Positions 1 to 9,415 of a stretch of DNA of 64,000 nucleotides are shown here, piece after piece. The first letter of the stretch is position 1. Each line of letters starts with the position of its first letter. Position numbers and translations under genes: made by a program. The DNA lies in assembly GCA_963845515.1 (NCBI GenBank), contig CAWJSR010000058.1:1-64000 (forward strand). The letters are read 5' to 3'. A model generated the notes under the pieces. That model was not told the origin of the DNA, ran no database searches, and was given only the letters and a program-made list of their open reading frames with translations. This stretch comes from an uncultured delta proteobacterium (lineage in GTDB: Bacteria > Myxococcota > Myxococcia > Myxococcales > Anaeromyxobacteraceae).

Positions 1-2
1 TC

Positions 3-98
3 GTCGGCGCGGCGGCCCGCGAGGGACGGCACGACGAGCAGTCCCTCAAACGCGTGTGGCACTACCTCGCGCGGTTCGGGTCGACCGTCAGGGAGTGA
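3..98 (+). CDS. 3' fragment of an unidentified gene running in from the window edge
   Basis: Open frame VGAAAREGRHDEQSLKRVWHYLARFGSTVRE ending TGA at 96-98, convergent with the next gene. Confidence 0.35.
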   Translation, partial: VGAAAREGRHDEQSLKRVWHYLARFGSTVRE

Positions 99-689
99 CC
101 ACCGTCGTGACGACGGTGGTGACCGACGGTCGCGCCGGCGTCGAGGAGAAGCCGAACCGGCACGGCGGGTCGACCGGGGCCAGCGTGCCGAGAGACTCAC
201 CCTCGAAGACGCCCTCCAGGGCCGTCACGGCGTGCAGGTCCGTGGCTCCGTAGTACTCACGCCGGCCCGCGAGCGCCGTGCCGCGAGGTCGCACGCCACG
301 CAAGGCGACTCGTGCCACGGGGTCGACCGCGGTCGCCCAGGCGGGACTCGACGCGACGCGCACGGGGACGGCGCGCAGGACGCGACCGAGCGGCAGGCGC
401 CCACCGACCGTGAGGTCGAGCGGACAAGGACGGCGACGCGACGTGCCAACGGGACCGGCCCGAGGTCACCGCGATCGGCTCGAGGCGCACCTCGTCGAAG
501 ACGTAGGTCGCCTCGATGAAGGCCGCCACCTCGGGACTCGGCGCGACGAGCACCCGGTGCCCGCCCGCCGTCTCGACCATGGCGTCGCCGAACGACCCGA
601 GCGGCGTGCGCTGCCAGGACCCGACGACGACCCGGACGCCGGACGCGGAGCCGACTCCGGCGATCTGCGTGGAAACGCTGTGCTGGCAC
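88..689 (-). pseudogene. Conserved actinobacterial-type hypothetical protein, frameshifted (probably sequencing errors)
   Basis: Three frames join into one protein: MPAQRFH / QIAGVGSASGVRVVVGSWQRTPLGSFGDAMVETAGGHRVLVAP... / ...RREYYGATDLHAV...FGFSSTPARPS; shifts near 667 and about 415; TACTCT 6 nt upstream of the GTG. Confidence 0.6.
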
Positions 690-713
690 GCCCTGAGAGT
701 AGGTGAGCGCCGG

Positions 714-2418
714 TCAGGCGACGCGGTCGACCGTCTCCTCGATGCCCGCGACGAGCTTGCTGTAGTCGTCGGTGGGCGAGCCGCCGAGCACCGACCCCCA
801 GGCGGGGACCAGCTCGGGACCGTAACGGTGCCCGTAGCCGTCGGGCGGGTCGTGGCCCACCGCCATGTCGGTGGTCAGCTGCCAGAACGTCACGAACGGG
901 GATCCACGTGACGTCGGGGTTGACGTCGGGGCCGCGCGGCTCGCGCAGCCAGTCCGGCTCGGCGCCGAGCAGGGCCGGGTTCCACCACACGACGGGATCG
1001 GACGCGTGCTGGGCGTAGACGTAGCGCGGGAAGTCCCACGCGCCGAGTCGGCGGCCGTACGAGTCGTGGTCAGCTGGTCGCTGTTAGCGGCGAAGCGGAT
1101 GTGCAGGCCCGCGTCGACGACCGGCACGATCTCGGGCGACCCCTCGTTGCGTCGAGCGGTCAGCGACTGCCAGATCTCGGTGAAGCTCGGCGTGCCCACC
1201 CAGACGCCACCCTGGGCGCGGGCCAGCATGTCGTCCGCGCTCGCGAAGGCCGCCTGACCGCCGTAGGAGCCCAGCGACTCCCCACCGACGACGAGCTGCG
1301 GACGGTCGTCGGCCGGCAGCGTGCGCCAGACGGCATACACCTTGTCGAAGAGCGCCTTGCCCGCCTCGCGCGGGGTGTCGCGGTCGGTCATCATCGACAT
1401 GGCGCTCGGCAGGTAGGAGTACTGCATCGCGGCGATCGCGCTGTCACCGTTGCTGAGGTACTCGACGGACTGCGCCGACCAGTGGTCGACCGAGCCGGTG
1501 CCCGTCGTCGTGAAGACGGCGAGGACCTGGCGGTGGAACGCGTCGGTGCGGTCGAGCTCGTCGACGACCGCGTCGGCGACGTCGGCGACGGTGCGGTCGG
1601 CGGTGCGGCGCGGCGTAGACCCGGATCGGCTCGATGGCGCCGCGGTCGGTGGCCGCCGTGATCTGCGCGGGCGTCGGGGTGCTCGTGACGAACATCTGGC
1701 CCTGGTAGCCGAGGCTGTCCCAGGACTCGAGCGACCCTGGACCACCCGAGCGCAACGGTGACGTCGGCGCCGCGCGGCCCGTCGGCGCAGTGTTGACCTG
1801 GGCGGCGACGCCGGCGAAGGCCTGCATGCCGCGGTGGAAGAGCACGCTGTCGGTGACCCAGGCCGTCGTCAGCGCGACGACGAGGACGGCGATGACGGTC
1901 GCGATCGTCTTGGGCAGGACGTGGCCCGCGGCCTGCGGCGAGGCCTGGTGCGTCGCGCCGCGCAGGCCGCGGGCGACCGCGAGGAAGAGGACCGCGACGA
2001 GGGCCGCGAGCGCGAGCGCCAGCGCCCAGTCGAGGGGGTCGAGCGGAGCCAGCTGGACGAACGCCGCCGTGCGTGCCTGCGCACGCACGTTGGCCACGGT
2101 CAGGCCGAGGACGGCGACCGCGCCGAAGACCGGCGCCGCGACGAGGAGCCAGTGCCGGGCTTCGCCGCTCACCGTGACGCGCAGGTCGATGAGCCGGGAG
2201 ACCTGCCGCACGACCCAGGCGACGAACACCCCGAGCGCGTAGCCGACGACCGCGCAGAGCCCGCTGATGAGCCCCTGGTAGTACCACGTGCGCGGCAGCA
2301 GGCTCGGCGCCATCGAGGTGAGGAAGTAGGCGGCGCCGAAGAACAGCCCGGTGCGCGACAGGTGCCACCACGCGCGGCCCGCGCCGTGGTGGCTGCGATG
2401 GTCGGACGCGTCGGACAT
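714..2418 (-). pseudogene. Membrane-anchored alpha/beta-hydrolase (Abhydrolase_9/DUF2319-like), frameshifted
   Basis: N-terminal TM region (SMAPSLLPR motif), then TTGTG, QYSYLPS, nucleophile GESLGS, FVTFWQ and GYGHRYG motifs spread over ORFs 1444-2418, 714-1745 and 466-990; shifts near 1610, 1020-1055 and 900. Confidence 0.8.
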
Positions 2419-2521
2419 GCTCTAGACAGTAGGTCGCCGCCCTGCCGCCTCGCTTCCGGATAACCCCCTACGGGACCTCCCTGACCGACGCGGGGCACGC
2501 CGCCGGGGCAGGATGGGCGGC

Positions 2522-3368
2522 ATGGCATCCCTGGACGACCGGATCACGACCTTCAGCCGGGACGGGCTGCGCTTCGACGGCTGGACCGACGAGGGGCCGC
2601 TGGACGGCGACGTCGTCGTGCTGCTCCACGGCTTCCCCACGGACCGGACGAGCTGGGACCGCGTCGCCGCCCGGCTGCACGAGGCGGGGCTGCGCACCCT
2701 CGCCCCAGACCAGCGGGGCTACTCCCCCGGGGCCCGGCCGACCGACGAGGACGAGGACTACCGTCTACGTGCCGCCGTCGGCGACGTCCTCGCGCTCATC
2801 GAGGCCTCCGGCCGTGAGCGGGTGCACCTCGTCGGCCACGACTGGGGCGGCGCCCTGGCCTGGCTCGTCGCGGCCAACCACCCGACGCGCATCGCCTCGT
2901 TGACCGTCCTGTCGACCCCGCACCCGGCCGCCATGTCGCGGGCCTGGCGCAGCGGCATCGACCAGAAGCGACGGTCCTGGTACATGGCCGCCTTCCAGGT
3001 CCCGTGGGTGCCCGAGCACGTCTCCTGGCCGCCGGGTTCCACTCGCTCATGGCGCGCTCCGGGCTGCCGACGGAGGACAGGCGGAGGTTGCCGTCCGCCT
3101 CGCCCACGCCGATGCGCTCGCGGGGCCGGTCAACTGGTACCGCGCAGCCCGGCACTCGGGTGTCGGGGCGCACCGCGTCGAGGTGCCCACGACCTACGTG
3201 TGGGGCGCGCGCGACCCGTTCCTCGGTCGCACCGCCGCCGAGCTGACCCGTGAGCACGTCGGCTCCGACTACGAGCTGATGGAGCTCGACGCGGGGCACT
3301 GGCTGCCCGAGACCCGCGACGCGGAGTCCGCCGCGGCGATCCTGCACCGCGTGGCGCGGGCGAACTGA
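2522..3368 (+). pseudogene. Alpha/beta-fold hydrolase (epoxide hydrolase-like), frameshifted
   Basis: LLHGFP, PDQRGYS and GHDWGG in 2513-3253; PTTYVWGARD and AGHWLPE in 3183-3368; shifts near 3020 and 3090. Confidence 0.8.
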
Positions 3369-3453
3369 GCGGCATACGCCGGCTCACTTGGAGGGTGACG
3401 AGCACCTCGCTCGATGCGGGGAACACGGGCACGCCCGGGTAGGTTGCACGACC

Positions 3454-4117
3454 GTGAAGATCGACATCTGGTCCGACATCGGTGCCCGTTCTGCTACCTC
3501 GGCAAGCGCCGCCTCGAGGCTGCCCTGGCTGAGTTCGGGCACGCCGACGAGGTCGAGGTGCAGTGGCACAGCTTCGAGCCTCGACCGCGGCGCCTCGCCC
3601 GTGGCGGACGTGCCGCTCGTCGACCTCGTCGCGGCCAAGTACGGCACGACGCGCGAGCAGGCCGTGGCGCAGCACCGCTCGATGGCTGCCGCGGCCGCCG
3701 AGCTGGGACTGACGTTCAACTGGGAGCAGGCCCGCTACGGCAACACCTTCGACGCGCACCGCGTCGTGCACCTCGCCGCCGAGCAGGGCCTCGCCGACGC
3801 CGCCCACGAACGGCTCATGCGCGCCTACTTCACCGACGGGCTCGCGGTCGGCGACCGCGAGGTGCTCGTCCGGCTCGCCGGGGAGATCGGTCTCGACGAG
3901 GGTGTCGTGCGCGACATGCTCGAGTCCGACGACTACGGCAACCACGTCCGCAGCGACGAGGCGACGGCCAAGATGCTCGGCATCGAGTCGGTGCCCTTCT
4001 TCGTCCTCGACCGCAAGTACGGCGTCTCCGGGGCGCAGCCGGTCGAGGTCTTCACCCAGGCGCTCGAGACGGCGTGGGAGCACCGGCACGAGGTGCCCGA
4101 GCCGGTCGCGGCGGGCG
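3454..4117 (+). pseudogene. DsbA-family oxidoreductase (FrnE-like), frameshifted and truncated at the junction
   Basis: [39 protein letters not shown]; shifts at about 3481 and 3580; no own stop codon before the junction. Confidence 0.85.
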
Positions 4118-4369
4118 TGCCTCGGCGCCACGATGTGGTCGGGGGTCCGCGCGCTGGAGTGCGGGGCGAGCGGCGAGGACGTCGAGGCTGCGGGCTTCGA
4201 CGAGGGGCCGAAGCCGGGCGACTGGGAGGGGGAGCTGCGCCGGCGCGGGATCGAGGTGTCGCGCGGGCTCCTCAGGGCCGAGGCGGCCGAGGTGCTGCGC
4301 GAGTACGCAGCCGCGGGGCGCACCGTCTACAACCCGACGCGGGCGCCGGCTCGCCCAACCGCCAAGTAG
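4118..4369 (+). pseudogene. C-terminal half of a nucleoside/guanine deaminase (CDA fold); 5' half absent
   Basis: [10 protein letters not shown]...GFDEGPKP..W; begins exactly at the second Cys of the PCxxC zinc motif; HxE motif not present. Confidence 0.7.
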
Positions 4370-4423
4370 CCCCCGAGCCGCCCGGTCGAGCCAACCCGGT
4401 CGGACGGCGTTATGCTTCGAGGG

Positions 4424-4684
4424 ATGAGCACGGTCCGCGTCTACTCGAAGAAGAACTGCCCGTACTGCGTCCGCGCGAAGGCGCTCCTCGACAAGAAGGG
4501 GGTCGCCTACGAGGAGATCGACGTCGAAGGGAACGACGACCTCAGGATTTGGCTCGCCGAGGCGAGCGGCCAGAAGACCGTCCCCCAGATCTTCGTGGGC
4601 GAGCGCCCACTCGGGGGTTTCAGCGACATCGACGCGCTGGAGAAGCAGGGCAAGCTCGAACCGGTGCTCCGCGGCGAGGGCTGA
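4424..4684 (+). CDS. grxC: Glutaredoxin 3
   Basis: CPYC active site, TVPQIF, GGFSD; 86 aa. Confidence 0.92.
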   Translation: MSTVRVYSKKNCPYCVRAKALLDKKGVAYEEIDVEGNDDLRIWLAEASGQKTVPQIFVGERPLGGFSDIDALEKQGKLEPVLRGEG

Positions 4685-4779
4685 CTTCGGCCCTGCTGCG
4701 CCCCGCATGGGGCTCGCACTTTCGTACGGCCCGCCATATTCCATCTGTAGCGCCTGTTGACCACCGACGGAGACCGACC

Positions 4780-5295
4780 ATGACCCTCAAGGAAGCCATC
4801 ACGCTCGCCCTCGACTTCGAGCGCAAGGTTCGCGACCACTACTTCCGCTTCGCGAAGGCGATCCAGGACCCGCAAGGCAGGCGCGTGTTCGAGATGCTTG
4901 GCTCCGAGGAGCAGGGGCACGTCGACTACCTGGAGTTCTGCCAGGCCGAGTGGCTGAAGAGCGGCAGGGCCCCCAACGTCCCGATCAAGAGCGTCCTGCC
5001 CAAGGGCAAGAAGTGGATCGCGGAGGCGCAGAAGAAGCTCCTCGGTCGTCCAGGCAAGCGGACGGCCGAAGCCAACGAGGTCGAGGCGCTCAAGATGGCG
5101 CTCCAGTACGAGAAGGACGCCGACGGCTTCTACCGGAAGTTCGTCGCAGAGCTCCCTGAGGACGATCGGGCCATGTTCACCAGGTTCATCGAGATCGAGG
5201 ACGGCCACCTCGAGCTGGTGCAGGCGCAGCTCGACTCGGTCCAGGGCTCCGGCTTCTGGTTCGACACTATGGAGTTCCGCCTCGAGAACGAGTAG
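4780..5295 (+). CDS. Ferritin-like/rubrerythrin-family protein
   Basis: Paired ALxxE...EEQGH and ALQYE...IEDGH diiron motifs; GGAG RBS upstream. Confidence 0.85.
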   Translation: MTLKEAITLALDFERKVRDHYFRFAKAIQDPQGRRVFEMLGSEEQGHVDYLEFCQAEWLKSGRAPNVPIKSVLPKGKKWIAEAQKKLLGRPGKRTAEANEVEALKMALQYEKDADGFYRKFVAELPEDDRAMFTRFIEIEDGHLELVQAQLDSVQGSGFWFDTMEFRLENE

Positions 5296-5580
5296 CGCCG
5301 CGAGCTCGCCAGTCCCGGATGTCGTCTGGGGGCCGGCCACCTCGTCAGGGGTGGACCGGCCCGTCTGGTCATGCGCCGTGCGCGAGGGCTCCCGCGGCAC
5401 CGGGTGCGCCCCACACACACATCAAGTCAGCTCCGCTCGTCGCCGAATTACCCTGTCATGGCGGTGGGTTGACCGCGCGGCAATTAGCCGCGGACGCCAT
5501 CGAACCGCTTTCACTGCGCGAAGGCTCACTCCTACCGTCTGCATTCGGTCGCGCTCGAAGCGCTGGCCCAGGAGGCGTTA

Positions 5581-6096
5581 ATGGAGAGAGACCCCAGCCG
5601 TTTCTGGAACCCGTACCTCGGAGGCGTCGCGCTCGGGCTGGTCCTGCTCGCGACGTTCCTCGTGATGGGAAAGGGGCTCGGTGCCTCTGGCGCCACGTTC
5701 CGCACGGGGGTGTGGGCCGTCAATGCCGTGGCTCCCGCGCACGTCGCCAACGTCCCGGCGATGAGCGCCGTCACCGAGGAGGGCCACCCGCTGAACGACT
5801 GGCTCGTCTTCGAGGTCGTCGGCGTCCTCATCGGTGGCCTCGTCGGCGCCCTCACCTCCGGCCGGTTCGGGCGTGAGGTGCTGCGCGGCCCGACGTTCGC
5901 CAAGGGCAGCCGGATCGCGCTGGCGATCGCGGGCGGCGTGATGATGGGGTTCGCCGCCAAGCTGACGCGCGGCTGCACCTCTGGCCAGGGGCTCTCCGGC
6001 GGCGCGCTGCTGTCGGTCGGGGCGTGGGCCTTCCTCTTCTCTGTCTTCGCCGGTGGATACGGCGCGGCGTGGTTCAACAGGAGGCAGTGGCGATGA
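5581..6096 (+). CDS. YeeE/YedE-family sulfur-compound transporter, subunit 1
   Basis: WNPYLGG, GLGASG, RGCTSGQGLSG; AGGAGG RBS. Confidence 0.88.
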   Translation: MERDPSRFWNPYLGGVALGLVLLATFLVMGKGLGASGATFRTGVWAVNAVAPAHVANVPAMSAVTEEGHPLNDWLVFEVVGVLIGGLVGALTSGRFGREVLRGPTFAKGSRIALAIAGGVMMGFAAKLTRGCTSGQGLSGGALLSVGAWAFLFSVFAGGYGAAWFNRRQWR

Positions 6097-6789
6097 TCTT
6101 CCCCTTCGAGTCGCTCACGGACGAGCGCCGGACCCTGGGGCTCGCGGCCGCAGTGATCCTCGGCATCGGCTTCGGCTTCGTCCTGGAGCGGACCGGCTTC
6201 GGCCGCGGGCAGAAGCTGGTCGGCCAGTTCTACGGCTACGACATGACGGTGTTCAAGGCGATGTTCACCGCCATCGTCACCGCCATGCTGGGCGCGATCA
6301 TCCTGTCGGGCGCCGGCCTCTTCGACCTCACCTCGGCGCAGTTCAACTACCCGACGTACCTCTGGCCGATGGTCTTCGGCGGGGTGCTGCTCGGCGTTGG
6401 CTTCATCACCTCCGGGTACTGCCCAGGCACGTCGCTCGTGGGCGCCGCCTCCGGGAAGCTCGACGGCCGTCGCAACGGTCGGCGGGGTGATCCTCGGCGG
6501 CCTCCTCTACGCAGAGGTCGAGCCGAAGCTCGGCGCCTTCCCCAACTCCGGGAAGCTCGGCACGTTCACGCTGCCGCAGCTCCTCCACCTCCCGGCGCCG
6601 GTCGTCGCGGCGCTCGTCGTCGCCTTCGCGGTCGGTGGGTTCCTGGGCGCGGAGAAGATCGAGAGGCTCGTGACCGGGACGGCGCCTGAGGCGCCGCCCG
6701 TCCGCCGCCGCGTCTTCGTGGCGCTCGGCGTCCTCGCCGTCGTCGCCATCGTCACGCTCGCCCTCCCCGTCCCCGAGCCCGAGTTCTAG
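6093..6789 (+). CDS. YeeE/YedE-family sulfur-compound transporter, subunit 2 (one +1 frameshift near 6465)
   Basis: FGFVLERTGFG, DMTVFKAMFTAI, SGYCPGTS; ATGA overlap with the upstream gene; C-terminus continues in ORF 6397-6789. Confidence 0.82.
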
Positions 6790-6815
6790 CCCCCCCCTCC
6801 CCCAGGAGAAGAACC

Positions 6816-7130
6816 ATGAAGAAGCTGCTCTCTGCCGTCGCCCTCGCCGTCGCCTTCACCCTCGTCACCGCCGCCCCGGCCCTCGCCGCCGAGGGGAAGC
6901 TGCTCGGCACCGTCACCCGGATCGACGTCGCCAAGGACGGCAAGTCGGCCGTCGCGACGCTCAAGGACACCAAGTCCGGCGCCGCGGTCGACATCACGGT
7001 CGCCGACGACGTGACCCTCAAGAAGTTCGCGGATCACCGGATCGGCAACGGCGACGAGATCAAGTGCAAGTACGAGATGAAGGACGGCAAGAACGTCGCC
7101 ACTTTCTTCAAGAAGGCCGGCGGCTGCTGA
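6816..7130 (+). CDS. Small secreted beta-rich protein with C-terminal KKAGGC tail
   Basis: Sec signal peptide ending ALA-A, AGGAG RBS, two Cys including the terminal residue. Confidence 0.85.
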   Translation: MKKLLSAVALAVAFTLVTAAPALAAEGKLLGTVTRIDVAKDGKSAVATLKDTKSGAAVDITVADDVTLKKFADHRIGNGDEIKCKYEMKDGKNVATFFKKAGGC

Positions 7131-7230
7131 ACCCCACGGCCCGCACGGGCCGCGCATAGCGAGGGCTGCGGCGGTTTGACGCACGCCGCGGCCCTTCTTG
7201 CGTCCAGATCACTACACCCGAGGTGAAACC

Positions 7231-8604
7231 ATGAAAGCGCTCCGCACCGCCGCCCTCCTCGTCGCCGTCGCCGCCGCCGCCCCGGCGCTCGCCGAGCACG
7301 GGGGAAACGACGAGATCCGCAAGAACGGCTACAAGGGCCCGCAGACCTGCGAGGAGTGCCACCCCGGCTCCGCGAAGGCCGTGACCCAGTCGGTCCACTG
7401 GACCCATGACTCGAAGGTCACGAACGTCGACGGGCTCGACCCGAAGCAGAACCACGGGATGAGGAACCGCATCTACACGTTCTGCAACGGCAACGACATC
7501 GTCAACGCCGCCAAGGAGACGTCGACCAACGAGTTCGGGAAGGTGAAGATCTCGGGCTGCAACACCTGCCACCCGGGCGACCTCGTCAACGGTGTCGGCT
7601 CGACCGGCCCCGCGGCGGAGGCGGCCGTCGACTGCCTCCTCTGCCACTCCTCGAAGTACGACTTCTCCAAGCGCAAGCCGCAGAAGCGCGCCGACGGCAC
7701 CATCGTCATGGGGCAGGACCGCAGCACCGCGGCCGCCCTCGCGGTGGGCAAGCCGGGCGTGAAGAACTGCATGGTCTGCCACGAGAGCGCCGGCGGCGGC
7801 GTCCTCTTCAAGCGCGGCTTCGCGTTCGACGCCGAGCACGACGTCCACGCGGCGAAGGGGATGGTCTGCGCCGACTGCCACAAGGGCAAGGACCACAAGA
7901 TGGCGACGGGCCTCGATCCGAACAACTGGGCCAACGACGGCGTCCGGGTCGCCTGCGCCGACTGCCATGGCGCGAAGCCCCACAAGGACTCCGACTACGA
8001 CGCGCACGTGGCGAAGATCGCCTGCCAGACCTGCCACATCCCGACGGCCGGCGGCGCCGTCGCGAAGGACTTCACCCGCTGGTCCAAGGACGCGGCGACG
8101 GGCTGGTGGGAGCCGACCACCATCAACCGCGCCCCCGGCGCCGTCCAGCCGGTCCTCGCCTGGTACGACGGCCAGGTCCGGAACGAGCCGCACTTCATCG
8201 GACCGAAGGGCTCGCGCCGGGACGGCAAGAGCAAGCTCACCCCGTTCCGCGTCTACGAGGGGCGCGCCTACTTCGACAAGCGGAACGGCAAGCTCCTCTC
8301 GATGGACTTCGGCCCGCCGACCGGCACGGGGGACGCCCTCGCCGGCGTCGCCTCCGCCGCGAAGACGCTCGGCCTCGGGGCCGTCCAGCCGGCGCCTGGC
8401 TGGCAGACGATCTACTTCGCCAACAGCCACCTCGTGACCAGGGCGAAGGCGCTGACCTGCGACGACTGCCACGCCTCCAACGGCCCCGTCGACTTCGAGG
8501 CGCTCGGGTACACTAAGGCGGAGATCGAGAAGCGGAAGCTCCGCAGCGCGGCGCTCTGGTTCGATAGGCTCCACGCGAAGGAGGCGAAGAAGGAGGAGTG
8601 GTAG
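7231..8604 (+). CDS. Periplasmic octaheme cytochrome c (octaheme tetrathionate reductase-like family)
   Basis: Signal peptide; eight CxxCH motifs (CEECH, CNTCH, CLLCH, CMVCH, CADCH, CADCH, CQTCH, CDDCH); SVHW and IYTFC segments; DVH motif. Confidence 0.85.
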   Translation: MKALRTAALLVAVAAAAPALAEHGGNDEIRKNGYKGPQTCEECHPGSAKAVTQSVHWTHDSKVTNVDGLDPKQNHGMRNRIYTFCNGNDIVNAAKETSTNEFGKVKISGCNTCHPGDLVNGVGSTGPAAEAAVDCLLCHSSKYDFSKRKPQKRADGTIVMGQDRSTAAALAVGKPGVKNCMVCHESAGGGVLFKRGFAFDAEHDVHAAKGMVCADCHKGKDHKMATGLDPNNWANDGVRVACADCHGAKPHKDSDYDAHVAKIACQTCHIPTAGGAVAKDFTRWSKDAATGWWEPTTINRAPGAVQPVLAWYDGQVRNEPHFIGPKGSRRDGKSKLTPFRVYEGRAYFDKRNGKLLSMDFGPPTGTGDALAGVASAAKTLGLGAVQPAPGWQTIYFANSHLVTRAKALTCDDCHASNGPVDFEALGYTKAEIEKRKLRSAALWFDRLHAKEAKKEEW

Positions 8605-8613
8605 GCGGGATCG

Positions 8614-8693
8614 CCCCCTCACCCTGACCCCCGGTGCGGGAGAGGGATGTTTTACCAGGGGTAAAGGCCCTCTCCCCGTCCCCGGGGAGGGGG
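8614..8693. repeat. Two degenerate REP-like palindromic elements between convergent genes
   Basis: ccccctcaccctga...gggagaggg and ccctctccccgtccccggggagggg; same family as the copies at 32500, 35401, 41417 and 55433. Confidence 0.65.
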
Positions 8694-8703
8694 CTTCTCC
8701 CTT

Positions 8704-9345
8704 TCAGCCCCCCCAGCTCACCAGGAAGCGCGCGACGCCCGGCTCGACCAGCTCGACGCTGGATGACGGCGACGGCGCCCTCGCGAGCTCCAGCCCGGCG
8801 GAGAACGCCTCGCCGAAGACCTTCAGCATCAGGTCGTCGAAGAGGCCGGGCGGGGACCGCAGCAGCGCTCGCACCCCCACGTCGGTGATCCCCTCGATCT
8901 CCAGCGTGGAGCCGCGATGCCAGTTCGACCAGCGCATCGTCGCGCCGCGGAGCAGCGTGGCGGGCGAGCTCACCGCCATGAGGATCCTGTAGGCAGGGTT
9001 GCGGAAGAGCGCGCGGTTCCGGTCGCGGGCCCAGGCGAGCACCTCCGCGTCGCTGTAGCCCCGCACGTCTGCGACGGCGTGGTAGATGGCGACGAAGCGG
9101 ACCTCCGACATCCACTCGGAGTCGACGGGCGGGTCCGTCACCAGGGAGCGGAGCGCCGCCGGGAGCCTCGCCGCGATCTCGGCGACGGGCTGCTGGACTA
9201 GGGTGGACCGCAGCACCGATCCCTTCGCGACGCACTCGGGGAACGAGTCGAGCCCCGCCGGCAAGCCAGCGAGGTATCGCTCGAGCCGTTCGTTGCCAGC
9301 GGTGCTCTCGTCCCCCAAGCGCTCCCCCCCCGGGCTCGCGGCCAC
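8704..9345 (-). CDS. Myxobacterial conserved protein (DUF2378/TIGR02265-like)
   Basis: 213 aa; YLAGLPAGLDSFPECVAKGS, W...RWSNWHRG and C-terminal FLVSW pattern resemble the protein at 50498. Confidence 0.6.
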   Translation of the reverse strand: MAASPGGERLGDESTAGNERLERYLAGLPAGLDSFPECVAKGSVLRSTLVQQPVAEIAARLPAALRSLVTDPPVDSEWMSEVRFVAIYHAVADVRGYSDAEVLAWARDRNRALFRNPAYRILMAVSSPATLLRGATMRWSNWHRGSTLEIEGITDVGVRALLRSPPGLFDDLMLKVFGEAFSAGLELARAPSPSSSVELVEPGVARFLVSWGG

Positions 9346-9415
9346 GACGCCTCCGCGCAGTCATCCTAGCGCATGAGCGGACCAGGCGCGCCAGCCCGGG
9401 ACGGGCGATCCGGCG

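Noticed and set aside
3388..5295. 635-aa ORF that looks like a DsbA-ferritin fusion
   Set aside because: Artefact of the junction at about 4117: the middle part overlaps the deaminase fragment and grxC in other frames, and the ferritin gene has its own RBS and ATG at 4780
7128..7152. GGC-UGA followed by a hairpin as possible Sec read-through in the small secreted protein
   Set aside because: The hairpin loop is only about 12 nt after the UGA, shorter than typical SECIS spacing, and the extension looks non-coding; a plain stop is more likely
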